64,000 nt of DNA from the IMG/VR virus record IMGVR_UViG_3300005590_000001, positions 107,988 to 171,987 of that record. One strand, written 5' to 3'. A program made the position numbers and the translations under genes. Within the stretch, counting starts at the first letter, position 1, and every line of letters starts with the position of its first letter. This document shows positions 1 through 12,000 of this stretch, piece after piece. The notes beneath the pieces were generated by a model. That model ran no database searches. It had not been told where the DNA came from and was given only the letters and a program-made list of their open reading frames with translations. Source of the stretch: a virus.

Positions 1-2
1 AT

Positions 3-233
3 ATGCGGATAAATTTTGTAGATGCGGAGAAAGCTATTAAAACAACTATGGTTGGAGCTTTAACGTTTATTGAAGAACAATTAGGTGATTTATGGGGTCA
101 TAAGAAATCTGAAGATTTTACCCCAGAAGAAGAAGCAAATTATGATAAATTTATGTCAGCGAGAGACAAAATTTTAAACTTAGGTCATGATCAAATTGAA
201 AGATTAAAGTACAAAGGAAGAAATAAAAGATGA
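3..233 (+). CDS. hypothetical phage protein
   Basis: 76-aa ORF with an ATGA overlap with the next gene. Confidence 0.6.
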   Translation: MRINFVDAEKAIKTTMVGALTFIEEQLGDLWGHKKSEDFTPEEEANYDKFMSARDKILNLGHDQIERLKYKGRNKR

Positions 234-952
234 AAGAATTTACTATTGAGGGAAAGACATACTTTCTTAAGAACCCAACTAACAATTCAGTGTTGGAGTC
301 CGAAGCTAATATGTATTCCGCGCGCGTATTCGCTAAGTTAGTGAAAGCAAAAGATGATGACGGCGAGCATATGTATATTATGCGATCACAATTAGAAGAC
401 TTTTTAAAGTCAGTTGGTGTTTATAGTCAGGATGAATTAAACTCTATCATGGAGATTAATAAGGAAATTGGCGAACTTGAGGCAAAGATTAAGAACGGCG
501 GTGATCTTAAAGAAGGAACTGAAGCGGCTATTAAACTTAAAAATCTGCGACTATCTCTTTTGATTCTTTTAACTCGTAAATTCGAATATGATAAATATAC
601 GGTAGAGCACAATGTTGAGAATGCCAAATTTGATTTTCTCATTACAAAGTGTATTTTAAATGAAGAGAAAAAACCGGTCTTTGAGAGTGTAGACGACTAC
701 AAAGAGAATGAAGAATTGCGAGTTGACATGCGGCCAATGATTGAAGCTTTGGCTGAAATGACAAGTTCATTTGATAGTCAATTTGAAGAAAAGTTGCCGG
801 AAAATCAATTCTTGAAAAAATATAAATTGTGTGATGACCAATTTAATGTTTTGGAAGAAGATAAAACTGAACAGGCTGAAAATCCTGAATCACCAGTCGG
901 TGAATTTACAGAAAAGAAAAAACCTGTTAGAAAGCGTACGACTAAAAAGTAG
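230..952 (+). CDS. putative tail assembly chaperone
   Basis: Acidic helical 240-aa ORF immediately upstream of the tape measure gene; assignment by synteny only. Confidence 0.55.
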   Translation: MKEFTIEGKTYFLKNPTNNSVLESEANMYSARVFAKLVKAKDDDGEHMYIMRSQLEDFLKSVGVYSQDELNSIMEINKEIGELEAKIKNGGDLKEGTEAAIKLKNLRLSLLILLTRKFEYDKYTVEHNVENAKFDFLITKCILNEEKKPVFESVDDYKENEELRVDMRPMIEALAEMTSSFDSQFEEKLPENQFLKKYKLCDDQFNVLEEDKTEQAENPESPVGEFTEKKKPVRKRTTKK

Positions 953-962
953 GTAAGTAATT

Positions 963-3900
963 ATGGCTGCCGATTTTAACCTGCAGGGTGAAATTCAGAT
1001 TCAACTAGCTAAGAATGCTGGTAATAAACTCAAACAAGAAATTCAGGGTTTAGAAGCTGAAATTAATTTGGGCGATAAAAGTATTGACTCACTGGTCAAG
1101 AAAATTAAAGCAATTAAAAAAGTACCGGTGTCTTTACGGGTTTCGAACCAAGCGACATATGATAAGAATTTTGCACCTAAAACGGTTAAGGTTAAATTAG
1201 AACTCTTAAATTCTGAATTAGTTAGTAGTAAGGCAATTAAAGCCGCCGTTTCTAAAAATGCAAAATCGGTAGCCAAAACAACTTCTGATATTCTCAGGGA
1301 GAATGGTAAGGGCGCTGCAGCAGCGTTACGTCAGGATCTTGAAAGAGAATATCCTAGAATGCGTAAATTGTTGGAGCGTATTTTTGATTTAGGATCACAA
1401 CCTGAAAGTAAGTTCTTTAAAACTATTCAAAATCAAGTTTTGGACTTACAAAAAACACTTGGTAAAGATGCTGGAATCGGAGATCTTGTCGATAGTTTAG
1501 TAAATCGATTTAAGGGCTTTGATTCTCGTTCTACCAGTAATCTCGTCAAAGGGTTAGAATCTGTTTATCGCGCTTTTGGTCAACTAGATCGATTGGAAAA
1601 AGACTTTCAGGGTCTCAATCTTGTAAATCCTGAAATAGATAAGGCCCGCGAGCAGATTTTCAATTTATTAAATTCTGTGGATGCTGGTAATCTAACTGCT
1701 TTAGAAACAAATGTTAAAAATGCGATAAAACCATTACGCGACGGACTTACTCAAGCTGTTCGCGATGCTAGAAGCTTTGATACTTTATTGAGTGGTTTAA
1801 AGCAACGTCGTACAAATCTCATTGTTGCTGGTCAAGGCGCCAATTCTTCAGCCATCAGTCAAATTGATCAACAGATCAAAACCGTCCAAAAATTACAAAC
1901 GGCTGGTAAAACTTTTGGTCAAGCTAGAGACAGCGATAGTTTCCGCGAAGCTTTTGCAAATGCCAAAGAAGCTCAAAGAGTTACTGATGAGGGTCGTAGA
2001 GCGTTAGAGGCTTTACGTAAATATGAAATTGATTTTAAATCATCTGATTTGATTGATTCAGAAGCGGCGCAAATCTTGCAAGCTGGTTCTCGTATTACAA
2101 AAGCTTTTGCTCGTAGTGAAAAAGCGATTGCAGATGCTAAAAAGAATTTTGCAGGCGCCAATGTTACTGAGCTACGTCAAAAGGGTGCGGCAGAATTACG
2201 GCAGATTCCTCAATCTGTAGAGAAGTTACAAGGTGTTTTAGATACTATTGATATTTTAGGTAACGACCTAATTCAAAAGGGTATTGACCCAGCTATTATC
2301 GGCGTAGATGAATTTCGTGCTAAGCTTGTAAATCTAGCTAAGTCTGATGCTCCATTAAATAAGATTACTAAAGAACTAAGCTTTATGCAAAATGAGCTTA
2401 AGGCTAGCGAACGTAGCTTTCGTAATATGGAAAGCTTACTAATCAATATTGACCGTATTGGTGAAACTGCTTTTCAAAGCTTTGCTGGCGGTAAAGACTT
2501 TTCTGGAGTTGTTCCGGCGCTAGAAGCTGCTAAAAAGAATATTCAATCTGGACTTAATAAAAGCGAAAGAGAGCTTAAGGCTCAATTTAACAAAGATGTC
2601 ATTAATGTTCGAGATAGAGAAAAGCTTAACACGTTAATCAATAACAATATATTTGGATTTCAAGATGCGGCAGCTGGTGGACGTCCAGATCAAAGAGGTG
2701 CTTTTGAACGAGTAGAGCGTGATTTTCGTTCTTTTGTAGATCAGGTTGTTTCTGGTGGTGAGCCAGTACGCCGACAATATACTAAGATTAAAGATGCGTT
2801 AAAACAGTTCAATGCTGAAGCTGTAATTCTTAAAGAAGGTGGCTTTCTTAATGCTTTCGCAAAATCTACTGGTATTGCCGTTAAACGGTTAAGCGCCTTC
2901 TTAGTTTTTGGTCCAGCTCTATATTCTTTGCAATCTGGTTTATTGAGAACATTTAGTGCAGCTTTATCACTTGAAACACAATTTGCCAAAGTTGAACAAA
3001 TTCTCAGTAAGAATGTTTCTTTGACCGGTTCTGCTAGTTCAGAAACAGCAAGATTAACAGATTTTGTTTTCAACTTATCAAAATCATATGGCGTTGCTTC
3101 ATCAGAAATTGCACAAACTACTAAACTTATTGCACAAACTGGTAAGAGTGGTAGGGAATTAGAGCAAATTCTTACTGCCTTGACTAAGAGTGCATTAGGT
3201 CCTACTTTTGCCGATATTAATCAAACCGGTGAAGCGGCTATCGCAATTCTGAATCAGTTCAGTATTAAAGGTGAAAAATTAGAAGAGGTACTCGGTGGCA
3301 TTGCACGAGTCTCTGGATCTTTTGCTGTTGAAGCAGAAGGTATTGCTACTGCTGTACGTAAAGCTGGTGGTGCTTTTTCTGCAGCGTCACCCGGCGATGG
3401 CACTGGAGTCTTTGGTGAATTTGTTTCGGCGTTTACGGTTATTAAAGAGCAAACACGAGAAGCTGACGAGGCGATTGCTACTGGTCTTCGTAATATTTCT
3501 ATTAGATTACAACGTGGTAGCATTCAAAAATTCTTAAAAAAGGAACTCAATGTTGATCTGGTAAAAGGTGGTCAATTTATTGGTATTGATGCTTCAATTA
3601 AAGCTATTGGTGAATCCTTACGTAAATTAAATATTGAGGCGGGCAGTCCAGTCTTTTCTAATATCATTGAAAAAATTGCTGGTGCAAGACAGTTTGCTAG
3701 ATTGCAACCGTTGATTTTAGGTTATGAACGGCTTGATGAAGTACAAAGGGTGTATGCTGAGGGAGCTAAGGGTGAATTAGATAAAGATGTTGGAATTGCT
3801 CTGGAAACAACCGCTTCCAAACTAACGCGGCTTTCTGAAACTTTTCAAGAATTTGCCAATTCTGTAATTAACACAACGGCATTCAAAATTCTAGTAGATG

Positions 3901-6900
3901 GATTTACTGGCGTAGCAAAAATATTAACTAATATTATCAGCCTTGTCAATAGTTTACCCGGACAAGTTCTTACTGGTATATTAGCCCTTAAAGCTTTATC
4001 TTCTCAACGCACAAAGATTCTTAGTGACATCTTTTTACGCGGTCTTGGGAGTCCTAGAGAAGGATCTTTTGCTATTCCGGGTAGAAATAGTGGGGGAATC
4101 ATTCCCGGTGGTGGTCCAGATAAAGATAGTGTACTGACATATCTTACAAAGGGTGAATATGTTATTCCTCGTAAGTCGGTAAAGAAATATGGTGTTGATT
4201 TTCTTGATGCTTTAAGGCGTGGAGTTATCCCATCATATAATGTTGGTGGTGAAGTCGGCAAACAAGCGGTTCAATCTAGTTTCCAGCGACCAAATACTGG
4301 AATCGTTGGTGATATTAAAGCTCTACGCAGTATTTTACGTACGTTCCTTAGTTCTTTTAAAGACTTACCGCCAGAAGTTGCTGAAATGGTCAAGGCTGTA
4401 CGTGTTAGAACCATTTCTGAAAAACAACAATTTAAAATTAAAACTGGTGATAATAGAACAGTAACACGGTCTGGATCTCAATTAGCTGGTGTTGCATCTA
4501 AAACTGGTAAAACTGTATATTTAAATCCTAAAACAGCTACTGGATTTACACCTTTACACGAAGGTGGACATATTATTGATCGTGCTTTAGGTGCTTCAAC
4601 CGGTCGATCTGGAACAGCTAGCTCGCAAAAAGATACTTTTCAACATAAAGTCGCAACAGAAATTCGTAAATCTTATATTGCGGCAGGTAAAACTTCCAAG
4701 TATAGATTGACTCAAGAAGAAATTTTTGCAGATGTTTTGGCAAAAACAACAGATGAAGCTAAACAAATTCTTACTAATACTACAGATGTAAAAACTGGAT
4801 CCGCCCAACTTGCTGAATTATTCACAAAGTTAGGTGATGGGCCTATTACTGGGTTAGCTGATTTGAATGCTAGTAATTTTGGCGGAGGAGCAAAACCACC
4901 AAGTAAACCACCAACTGGGGGAGGTCCACCATCATTCCCTAATGATCCAAATGATCCTAATAATCGTAGATCTAATGCAATTGCAAGAGCGAATGCTCGA
5001 AGACAAAGACAGGCAGCGGGAGGAGGAGGTTTGCCTCCATCTCCTCCTAATAATAAATTATTAGGAACTGGACAAAAGTTATCAAATGTATTTAGTAAAT
5101 TAACACAGACTGGATATGGTAGAATAGCAGTGGGCGGCGCCCTTATTGCCTCAATGGGTGCTCTTGCATCTACCTCAGATGATACCAAAGATTCATTTTA
5201 TAAAATGACTTCAATTATAACTGAAACTTTGGGAGCTATTGCATTAGTTAATTTTCTTTTAAAAACTGAATTTGTCAAAGGCGCATTAGCAAAAGTTGCT
5301 GGTCCAAAATTAGCAAAATCTATACCACTATTGGCAACCGGTGCTATTATAGCTTATCAGGGTTTAAAATTAGTTAGTGAAATTGCAAAACAAAGAGCAG
5401 AAGCAGATTTGAAAGCTGCTACATCCGCGGGAGAGTTTGCGAATGCTTTAGCAAGGATACAGACTTATGATCTTGGAAATGTTACTAGTGGGTTTGGTGA
5501 TGCTATATTGTCTACTTTTCAGAAAAAAGGATTTTTTGGTGGTTTCGGTAGTTTACTCAAAACACCATTCGGCGACTCTGATATTGATAAACAATTTAGA
5601 AAAAATCTCATTCCGCCCGGAACTGGATTACGCGCTGTTGGCGATTTTAATATTAGAGAAGTAGAGCGTATTTTAGAACAAAGACAAGCTGCCGGAGTTA
5701 CTGGCGGTATAGGTGTCGGTGTTGAATCAAAAGTTTTCGGTACTATTGCTACTCTTCCAGAATTAATTAAAGATTTAAGAGCTTCTGGTAATCTAGATGC
5801 TAATCGAGAAGGTTTTAGGGATCAAGCTAATCAATTAAGTGCTATTCTTAAAAAACTAAGTGCAGAAGATTTTGATAGAATTAGTACTAATTTAAAAAAC
5901 ATTGGATTTGACTCTGCCACTATTTTTAAAGAACTTGGTATAGATATTTTAAAAGAAGCAAATATCGCTCGTGCGTTTGATAGTGTTGGAGCTTTTCTTG
6001 ATAATTTAGAAAAGGTAGCCCAAGGAGCCAATGCTCGTTTGACTGGTCTAGATGCAAACCTTCAACAAATTTTAAATGCGAATGAAGGCAAGGCTTCAGT
6101 TGCTGCTGGATTCTTTGATAATGCCAAAAGAGGTTTTGGAGCAAGTCCAGAAGTTGTGCAATCTTTACGAGACGTTGCGACAGTTGATCCAAATTTAGCA
6201 AAAGCTGCACAAGCAGAAATTCAAAATGCTTTCTCAGCCAGAACTCTTTCTAGACAAGTTTCCTCTAACCAAATTAATGTTAACGAAGCGAAAGATATTG
6301 ATACGTTGATTGAAGGTTTGCGGCAACGTTTTGGTAATTTGGGAGGATCTGGAGAAGTCTTTGAAACTTTCTTACGTAGTCAGCAAACTCAATTAGAAGA
6401 GGCGTTGGTTGGGGGTAGTTTTGACCCTAAGAAAATTAATGATGTAATTGAATCATTCATAAATGATTTGGATAAAGGTAACACTGATGCCGTAGCTAAA
6501 TGGAAGTCTACGCAACAAAGTTATCTTGACAGTTTAACAGATTTAACCAATCAAAGATTAGAACTTGAACAAAAAATAATTGGTAGATTAAATAAAGGTG
6601 TAGACTTACAACAACAATCTTTAGAATTTAGAAGACGGGCTAGAGGTCAGACTGGTCCATTAAGTGCTCAGCAAGCTGCTGGTTTTCAAAATCAACAATT
6701 GAATAATCTTTTGTTAGGCACCGGTATCCAAGATACCAGTGTTGCAGGATTGAGTAAGTCTTTACGTTCTACAGATGAAAGTATTGCAGGATTGCGTGGC
6801 GTGCGCAATAGTCAAAATGATATTGCTAAGCAACAAGGTATTCGTGAGAAAATAGTTAGTGCTTTAGAATATATTGCTGACGGTGGAACAACCTTTGAAA

Positions 6901-7613
6901 GTGCTATGGAAAGATTTAATAAGGCGGCAGAAAAAGCAGCAGCTTCATCTGATAGATTGACCAATGCTATGACTGGCACTGATGCCCAATTTATTGAAAC
7001 AATTAAAGCACAAGCGGCATTTAATCAAGTTACGTCTGCTAGTTCACCAGAACAAGCTAGAGCTTTACTGCTTGGATTTGGCGACGAGGTTCGTGCTGGA
7101 GTCGGTCAAATAGCCGGATCTTCCACAGAGAATAAAGAACTTTTACAATCTTCTCTTGGAACTTCTCCACTTGCGGCTGCTTCTCCTGAAGCTAAGGCTG
7201 TACAAGAAGAATTTAAGAAACGGCAAGAAGCTAATAATGTTCTCATTGGATCTCAAGCAAGTTTGATTGAGTCAAATAATAAGTTGTCAAATACTATTGA
7301 ACGATCCTATCAACTACAAACGAATATGGTGAATCAATTTGCTCAAGCTGCAGATAAAGCAGCTCAAGCTTTCGCGAATATCCCGAATGAAGTCAATCAT
7401 AATTTTAATGTTGGTCCGATCGTAATGCGTTTTGAGGGAGCCGCTGCTCTCAACAATCTGAACGAAGCCGTTGGAACTCTTGTTGAGGGGCAAATTAATG
7501 AAGCGATCAATAACTTTGGGAATGATTTACAAAGACAAAATAAAGGTATCAAAGTTTCTGCGGCTCAACAAAAACAACGTGGTGCTAATGCGGGTAAATT
7601 TGGACAAGCATAA
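963..7613 (+). CDS. tail tape measure protein with internal zincin-like HExxH domain
   Basis: 2216 aa, Ala/Leu/Gln-rich and helical. Has a TP901-type TMP core (LETQFAKVEQI...SKSYGVASSEIAQ...AQTG), the TMP motif GGIIPGGGPDKDSVLTYLTKGEYVIP, and HEGGH...EEIFAD. Confidence 0.9.
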   Translation: MAADFNLQGEIQIQLAKNAGNKLKQEIQGLEAEINLGDKSIDSLVKKIKAIKKVPVSLRVSNQATYDKNFAPKTVKVKLELLNSELVSSKAIKAAVSKNAKSVAKTTSDILRENGKGAAAALRQDLEREYPRMRKLLERIFDLGSQPESKFFKTIQNQVLDLQKTLGKDAGIGDLVDSLVNRFKGFDSRSTSNLVKGLESVYRAFGQLDRLEKDFQGLNLVNPEIDKAREQIFNLLNSVDAGNLTALETNVKNAIKPLRDGLTQAVRDARSFDTLLSGLKQRRTNLIVAGQGANSSAISQIDQQIKTVQKLQTAGKTFGQARDSDSFREAFANAKEAQRVTDEGRRALEALRKYEIDFKSSDLIDSEAAQILQAGSRITKAFARSEKAIADAKKNFAGANVTELRQKGAAELRQIPQSVEKLQGVLDTIDILGNDLIQKGIDPAIIGVDEFRAKLVNLAKSDAPLNKITKELSFMQNELKASERSFRNMESLLINIDRIGETAFQSFAGGKDFSGVVPALEAAKKNIQSGLNKSERELKAQFNKDVINVRDREKLNTLINNNIFGFQDAAAGGRPDQRGAFERVERDFRSFVDQVVSGGEPVRRQYTKIKDALKQFNAEAVILKEGGFLNAFAKSTGIAVKRLSAFLVFGPALYSLQSGLLRTFSAALSLETQFAKVEQILSKNVSLTGSASSETARLTDFVFNLSKSYGVASSEIAQTTKLIAQTGKSGRELEQILTALTKSALGPTFADINQTGEAAIAILNQFSIKGEKLEEVLGGIARVSGSFAVEAEGIATAVRKAGGAFSAASPGDGTGVFGEFVSAFTVIKEQTREADEAIATGLRNISIRLQRGSIQKFLKKELNVDLVKGGQFIGIDASIKAIGESLRKLNIEAGSPVFSNIIEKIAGARQFARLQPLILGYERLDEVQRVYAEGAKGELDKDVGIALETTASKLTRLSETFQEFANSVINTTAFKILVDGFTGVAKILTNIISLVNSLPGQVLTGILALKALSSQRTKILSDIFLRGLGSPREGSFAIPGRNSGGIIPGGGPDKDSVLTYLTKGEYVIPRKSVKKYGVDFLDALRRGVIPSYNVGGEVGKQAVQSSFQRPNTGIVGDIKALRSILRTFLSSFKDLPPEVAEMVKAVRVRTISEKQQFKIKTGDNRTVTRSGSQLAGVASKTGKTVYLNPKTATGFTPLHEGGHIIDRALGASTGRSGTASSQKDTFQHKVATEIRKSYIAAGKTSKYRLTQEEIFADVLAKTTDEAKQILTNTTDVKTGSAQLAELFTKLGDGPITGLADLNASNFGGGAKPPSKPPTGGGPPSFPNDPNDPNNRRSNAIARANARRQRQAAGGGGLPPSPPNNKLLGTGQKLSNVFSKLTQTGYGRIAVGGALIASMGALASTSDDTKDSFYKMTSIITETLGAIALVNFLLKTEFVKGALAKVAGPKLAKSIPLLATGAIIAYQGLKLVSEIAKQRAEADLKAATSAGEFANALARIQTYDLGNVTSGFGDAILSTFQKKGFFGGFGSLLKTPFGDSDIDKQFRKNLIPPGTGLRAVGDFNIREVERILEQRQAAGVTGGIGVGVESKVFGTIATLPELIKDLRASGNLDANREGFRDQANQLSAILKKLSAEDFDRISTNLKNIGFDSATIFKELGIDILKEANIARAFDSVGAFLDNLEKVAQGANARLTGLDANLQQILNANEGKASVAAGFFDNAKRGFGASPEVVQSLRDVATVDPNLAKAAQAEIQNAFSARTLSRQVSSNQINVNEAKDIDTLIEGLRQRFGNLGGSGEVFETFLRSQQTQLEEALVGGSFDPKKINDVIESFINDLDKGNTDAVAKWKSTQQSYLDSLTDLTNQRLELEQKIIGRLNKGVDLQQQSLEFRRRARGQTGPLSAQQAAGFQNQQLNNLLLGTGIQDTSVAGLSKSLRSTDESIAGLRGVRNSQNDIAKQQGIREKIVSALEYIADGGTTFESAMERFNKAAEKAAASSDRLTNAMTGTDAQFIETIKAQAAFNQVTSASSPEQARALLLGFGDEVRAGVGQIAGSSTENKELLQSSLGTSPLAAASPEAKAVQEEFKKRQEANNVLIGSQASLIESNNKLSNTIERSYQLQTNMVNQFAQAADKAAQAFANIPNEVNHNFNVGPIVMRFEGAAALNNLNEAVGTLVEGQINEAINNFGNDLQRQNKGIKVSAAQQKQRGANAGKFGQA

Positions 7614-9070
7614 TGTCAAGCAAAGTAACTTACAATAATAAATATTTAGAACCTGTTCAATCAGTTGCTATCAGCGTAGATCCATCGAGAACCGATGCTG
7701 GTGTGCGGTATAATAGTCGTTATAATATAACGATTAGTGGTACCATTTTGGCATATAAAGGATCGCCTACTACCAGCGGAACATTTGGTGCGTTTGGCCC
7801 AGATGTTTGCGAAACTATCGGCGAAAATGAATATGCCGATGCCATTATGGCAAAAAGATGTGCTATTGAATCTTTGTTTAATGAAGACAACAAACAGCTG
7901 TATCTTGGAACAGAAACTGGCGGAAACCCGCTAACCTGTTATCCAAGACTAATTAATTTTACACTTGCAGATTCTACCAATCCTGTTTATGCTCCTTATA
8001 CTATTGAGTTAGAAGCAGACACTGTCTATTGTGGCAATTCTTCTATTGATCCAACTGGAGATAGCTGTGTAAGAAGTTACAGCGAAACTTGGGATATTGA
8101 ATTTGACGATTCTTTAAAACTTAATTATTATGGTGATAATCGAGTTTTCAGAATAACTCATACCGTGAGTGCTGAGGGTGGCGTAGTTGCTGATAGCGGC
8201 GGGAATATTCTAGATCCGCTTGATTGTGCGCGAAACTTCGTGTGTAATCGTATCGCCGATAACGCTTTGGTCCCCGATAATTGCATGCCGGATTTTACTG
8301 GATGTCCGACCAAATTAAACTACGTGGACGTTCACAATATAGATGCGATCGCCGGATCGTATTCAGTTACTGAATCTTGGGTTTGTTCTTCCTCAAATTA
8401 TGTAGATAATTACACGGTTGAACTTACACAAGATAATAAAGCATCCTGTCCGACTGTTTCCGTTAACGGCGAAGTGACAGGATTTGATACAAGAGTGAGC
8501 GGCGTAGTAGCGTCTGGAGACAGTGCTTATTCCCGTGCCGTCACCTATTTTAATAGTATTGATTCATCTGGAATTCTAAGTCGTGCCGAAGCATATACTA
8601 ATTTAGATCTGGATGACAATTATGTTTCTCGTTCTGTAAGTCTCAATCCATTTGTTGGCACTGTGGGCTACCAATACACATTTAAGAGACGTCCGATCAA
8701 ACGTATTCCGAGTGCTACTTGGGAAAATATTACTCTGACTAATAATTGGGGTGAGGAAACACACTCTATTGCTAATATTTTAGGACAAGGTGAAATTATT
8801 CAAAAACTTGGTTCCGTAAAAGTATTAAAACGTAGTTTAAACATTGAAGCAACGTTCCCATGCGGAACTGGATTTCCAATTGATGGACCAAGATTTCACT
8901 CTACATATGCTACAGATTTACAGAATGTGGTGGACTTGTATGATCCTTATAATAGATCTGGCTATGATGTTGTAGCGGTTGAATCTCAAAATGAGAATTG
9001 GGCTGAAGCAGACGGTAGTTATACATATAGTGTTTCTTGGGTTATGCAACCTACAGGGATTTGCGTATAA
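7613..9070 (+). CDS. tail/baseplate structural protein (distal tail-like)
   Basis: Follows the TMP; beta-rich, with repeated YSETW/YSVTESW/YSVSW segments. Confidence 0.65.
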   Translation: MSSKVTYNNKYLEPVQSVAISVDPSRTDAGVRYNSRYNITISGTILAYKGSPTTSGTFGAFGPDVCETIGENEYADAIMAKRCAIESLFNEDNKQLYLGTETGGNPLTCYPRLINFTLADSTNPVYAPYTIELEADTVYCGNSSIDPTGDSCVRSYSETWDIEFDDSLKLNYYGDNRVFRITHTVSAEGGVVADSGGNILDPLDCARNFVCNRIADNALVPDNCMPDFTGCPTKLNYVDVHNIDAIAGSYSVTESWVCSSSNYVDNYTVELTQDNKASCPTVSVNGEVTGFDTRVSGVVASGDSAYSRAVTYFNSIDSSGILSRAEAYTNLDLDDNYVSRSVSLNPFVGTVGYQYTFKRRPIKRIPSATWENITLTNNWGEETHSIANILGQGEIIQKLGSVKVLKRSLNIEATFPCGTGFPIDGPRFHSTYATDLQNVVDLYDPYNRSGYDVVAVESQNENWAEADGSYTYSVSWVMQPTGICV

Positions 9071-12000
9071 TGGCTACATATTTAGGATCTCATATTGAAT
9101 CTTTTGATTGCAACATGGGTTGGGGCAACGCTGAAAGTTCTGTTGATGTTACATTAGTAGACTGTGTTGGTGATGGATTATCATTTTCGGCAGGTACTAT
9201 TGGCGGGCCAACAAGATTTATTTATGGTAGCTTTGATTACTTTGGTATTTTAGAAAAGTATAATACTGAAGAAAATAGTGGTGCTTACGCCAAACATAGT
9301 GCAAATATTAGTAATGGTCTTGATATTATCAATGGTGTTGAAATCATTATTAATGATTATTATGGTAGTGTCAATAGTGTACCTAATTTACTTAATGTCT
9401 TTGGATACTTAGAAGATAGTGGTGGTTTTGGCGGTAGTGAAATTAATGATGCTGGTATGCCTTGGAAAGCCATTAGAGCTGGCGTAGAAGGAATTGTAAA
9501 CAGTCCAGCTACTGGTAATTTTGGAAATGGAATTACTTATAAGGGATATAGATACAAGATTGATCTTAATGACCTGCCATCGGCTCTTCCATCATATTAC
9601 AGATTTAACGGCGACAGTATTACTCTTACTGACTTCATTGATGAGTGTTGTCTTGCTGGCGGTGCAGATTACTTTATCAGTATGGAACCAGCTACTGTTG
9701 CAGATTCTGGTAATTTTGTTGGAATTTTTAAAGTCAATACTGTTGATAGAACTACAGAAGCCACAACTGGAAACATCGCAAGTTATATCGGCAGTAATTG
9801 TATTTCTGAACGAGAGTATGGTTTGGAAATGCGCAAAGCAACTAATGGTAAATTTGTTGTTGGGCCTCCGGTCGATCGTGTGTGGTTTGTGCTTCCAACT
9901 ACCAGTGGTAATAATGATCCCACCGGAGGAATTACACAGAGTGAATATAGTAATGATACTGTGTTGCCATACTTTGGATTAGACGGTGATGGTAACTATA
10001 TTGTTGGTTACGGCCCATCTGGGGATACGAATGAATATTACTTCGATATAGATATTAAAGATGCTGGATATCCGCAGGTTACTTCTTATACTACGTGCTT
10101 GGGTGAATTACGCGCTGCTAAAAAGGGCCGACTTTCTTGGGAGGGTTACTTAGCAAAACGTAATATGAATCGTTATATTATTAATCCGACTGGTCTACAG
10201 ACTGAATTTTTTGAATCTCATGCTGGACCGTCTGGCTTTGCCTTCTCAAGCTATAATGGCGTAGATACTTTTGCAATTCCTAAATATGGTTATGAACAAG
10301 CCTTTCACCAAAAGGGTAGAGCTTACGCCCACACGCACTATCCAACTAGTTCTGGTAGAGTACTAACTTATAATCATGACGGAGTACCCAATCCCTACTT
10401 TCTTAGAGCAACAGCTCTAGGATTACCAGATGCTTTTGGAATCGCAGCGGCTAGAATGCTTGAGGGTGATCTTTACACTAAAGCCTCTACTTCTTCATTT
10501 TTTGCTAAAGTATATACTGAATTTAAAAATACACTTGGCGTCGGAAATGAGTTTTTACAGCAAGCTTTAAGACCTAGTGATGCTAGGAATGCTAGTAAAT
10601 TTGAAGATTTCACTAATGGTAATATCGGCGATAAAACTTTAATTATTTATCGTAAGATTAAAGATTTGGCCGATAATTATTATAATCGACGATTTATGGT
10701 TTCTGCACCATTTACCGTTGGTGCCGTTCAACCAGAATCTTATAATATCCGAACAAGTAATGAACCTACAGATCTAGGATATATAGATGAGTCTCAATGG
10801 TCTTCTGCTTATAGCAATGGTTTAATCCCTGATATCTCTGGAATTGCCACGATTACTTCTGCCGATAATAGATTTCATCCATATGTCAAATATGAAAATG
10901 CACTAATAGTTAGTACTGGAACTGGTATTGTATCCGGCCCATATGACTTTTCTGATATAAGTAGTGAAAGTAAAATCGCTAGTGTGCCAGTTACAGCATC
11001 TGGATTTATATACTACGATATATTCATTCGATGCAGTACTTTCCCGAATATGGTTTATCAAGACACAACAACATTATTAAACCCGCGGGTAGTCATTGAA
11101 ATGCCGGGCGCAGTCAAACCTATTGAGAATGTTCAATCTTATGCTAAATCCTTCTTTAATTTAATGGATGAACGCGGGAATGGAGTCGGTGGTGCTTTTG
11201 AAAATGATGCTAGCGTGAACAACGAATTCATTCAAAAAAGATTAGATAAGGTTGGTGCTGATAAAATCCAGTTTCATGATGGTGAAGAGTTCCATTATGC
11301 CGATCTTTATGCTGTACCCCTCCGCAGTAATTTATTGAGTTACGGCCCTTGGTACGCGGTTGGTGCAGATGGCGGTGTACGTTATGAGAAAAACGCAGAA
11401 TTAACACCGTGGAATTATGGTGGTTACACTGCATTGAATACTGCTGGTAATGCGAGAGCTTCTCAAGAAGTGACAAATCAAACCTTTGAAGAGGCTGGAT
11501 CTGTTACTATAATGGGTTCTCCGTTACTGAAACCGGGTGACCAATTAATAGTTAATGGACCCTATATAACAGATATGAGTGTTCGCACGTCTGATGATGG
11601 AATTCAAACTACTTACAGGATGCAATCTTGGTCTGCGCATAGAGCAATTGACAAATTACGAAGTCATAATAATCGGCGGTTACAAAGATTCATCCGTCAA
11701 TCTTATCAATCTCAAAGAATTTACAGAGAAGGATTGAAAAGTGGAAGATTCTCCAATGCGGTAGATTTTATTAGCGGCTTAGCTAACAAGTTTACTAGTT
11801 TAGATGAGTACGGACAAAGGAACAAACCTAGCACTTCTCATAACTTAATTGGCGGACAATTTAATGGTATGAAATCTGAAGTTGCCATACAACCCTTTTA
11901 TAATGTTTCTGCTCAATTAAGTAGTGATTATTTTGACAAAGCATTTATGACTCTTGATGGATTATATCGTCCAGTTTCTACCGTTGAACATACTGGAATG

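Noticed and set aside
1043-6210. Antisense and alternate-frame ORFs within the tape measure gene and other long genes
   Set aside because: Shadow ORFs fully overlapping well-supported genes, with no motifs.
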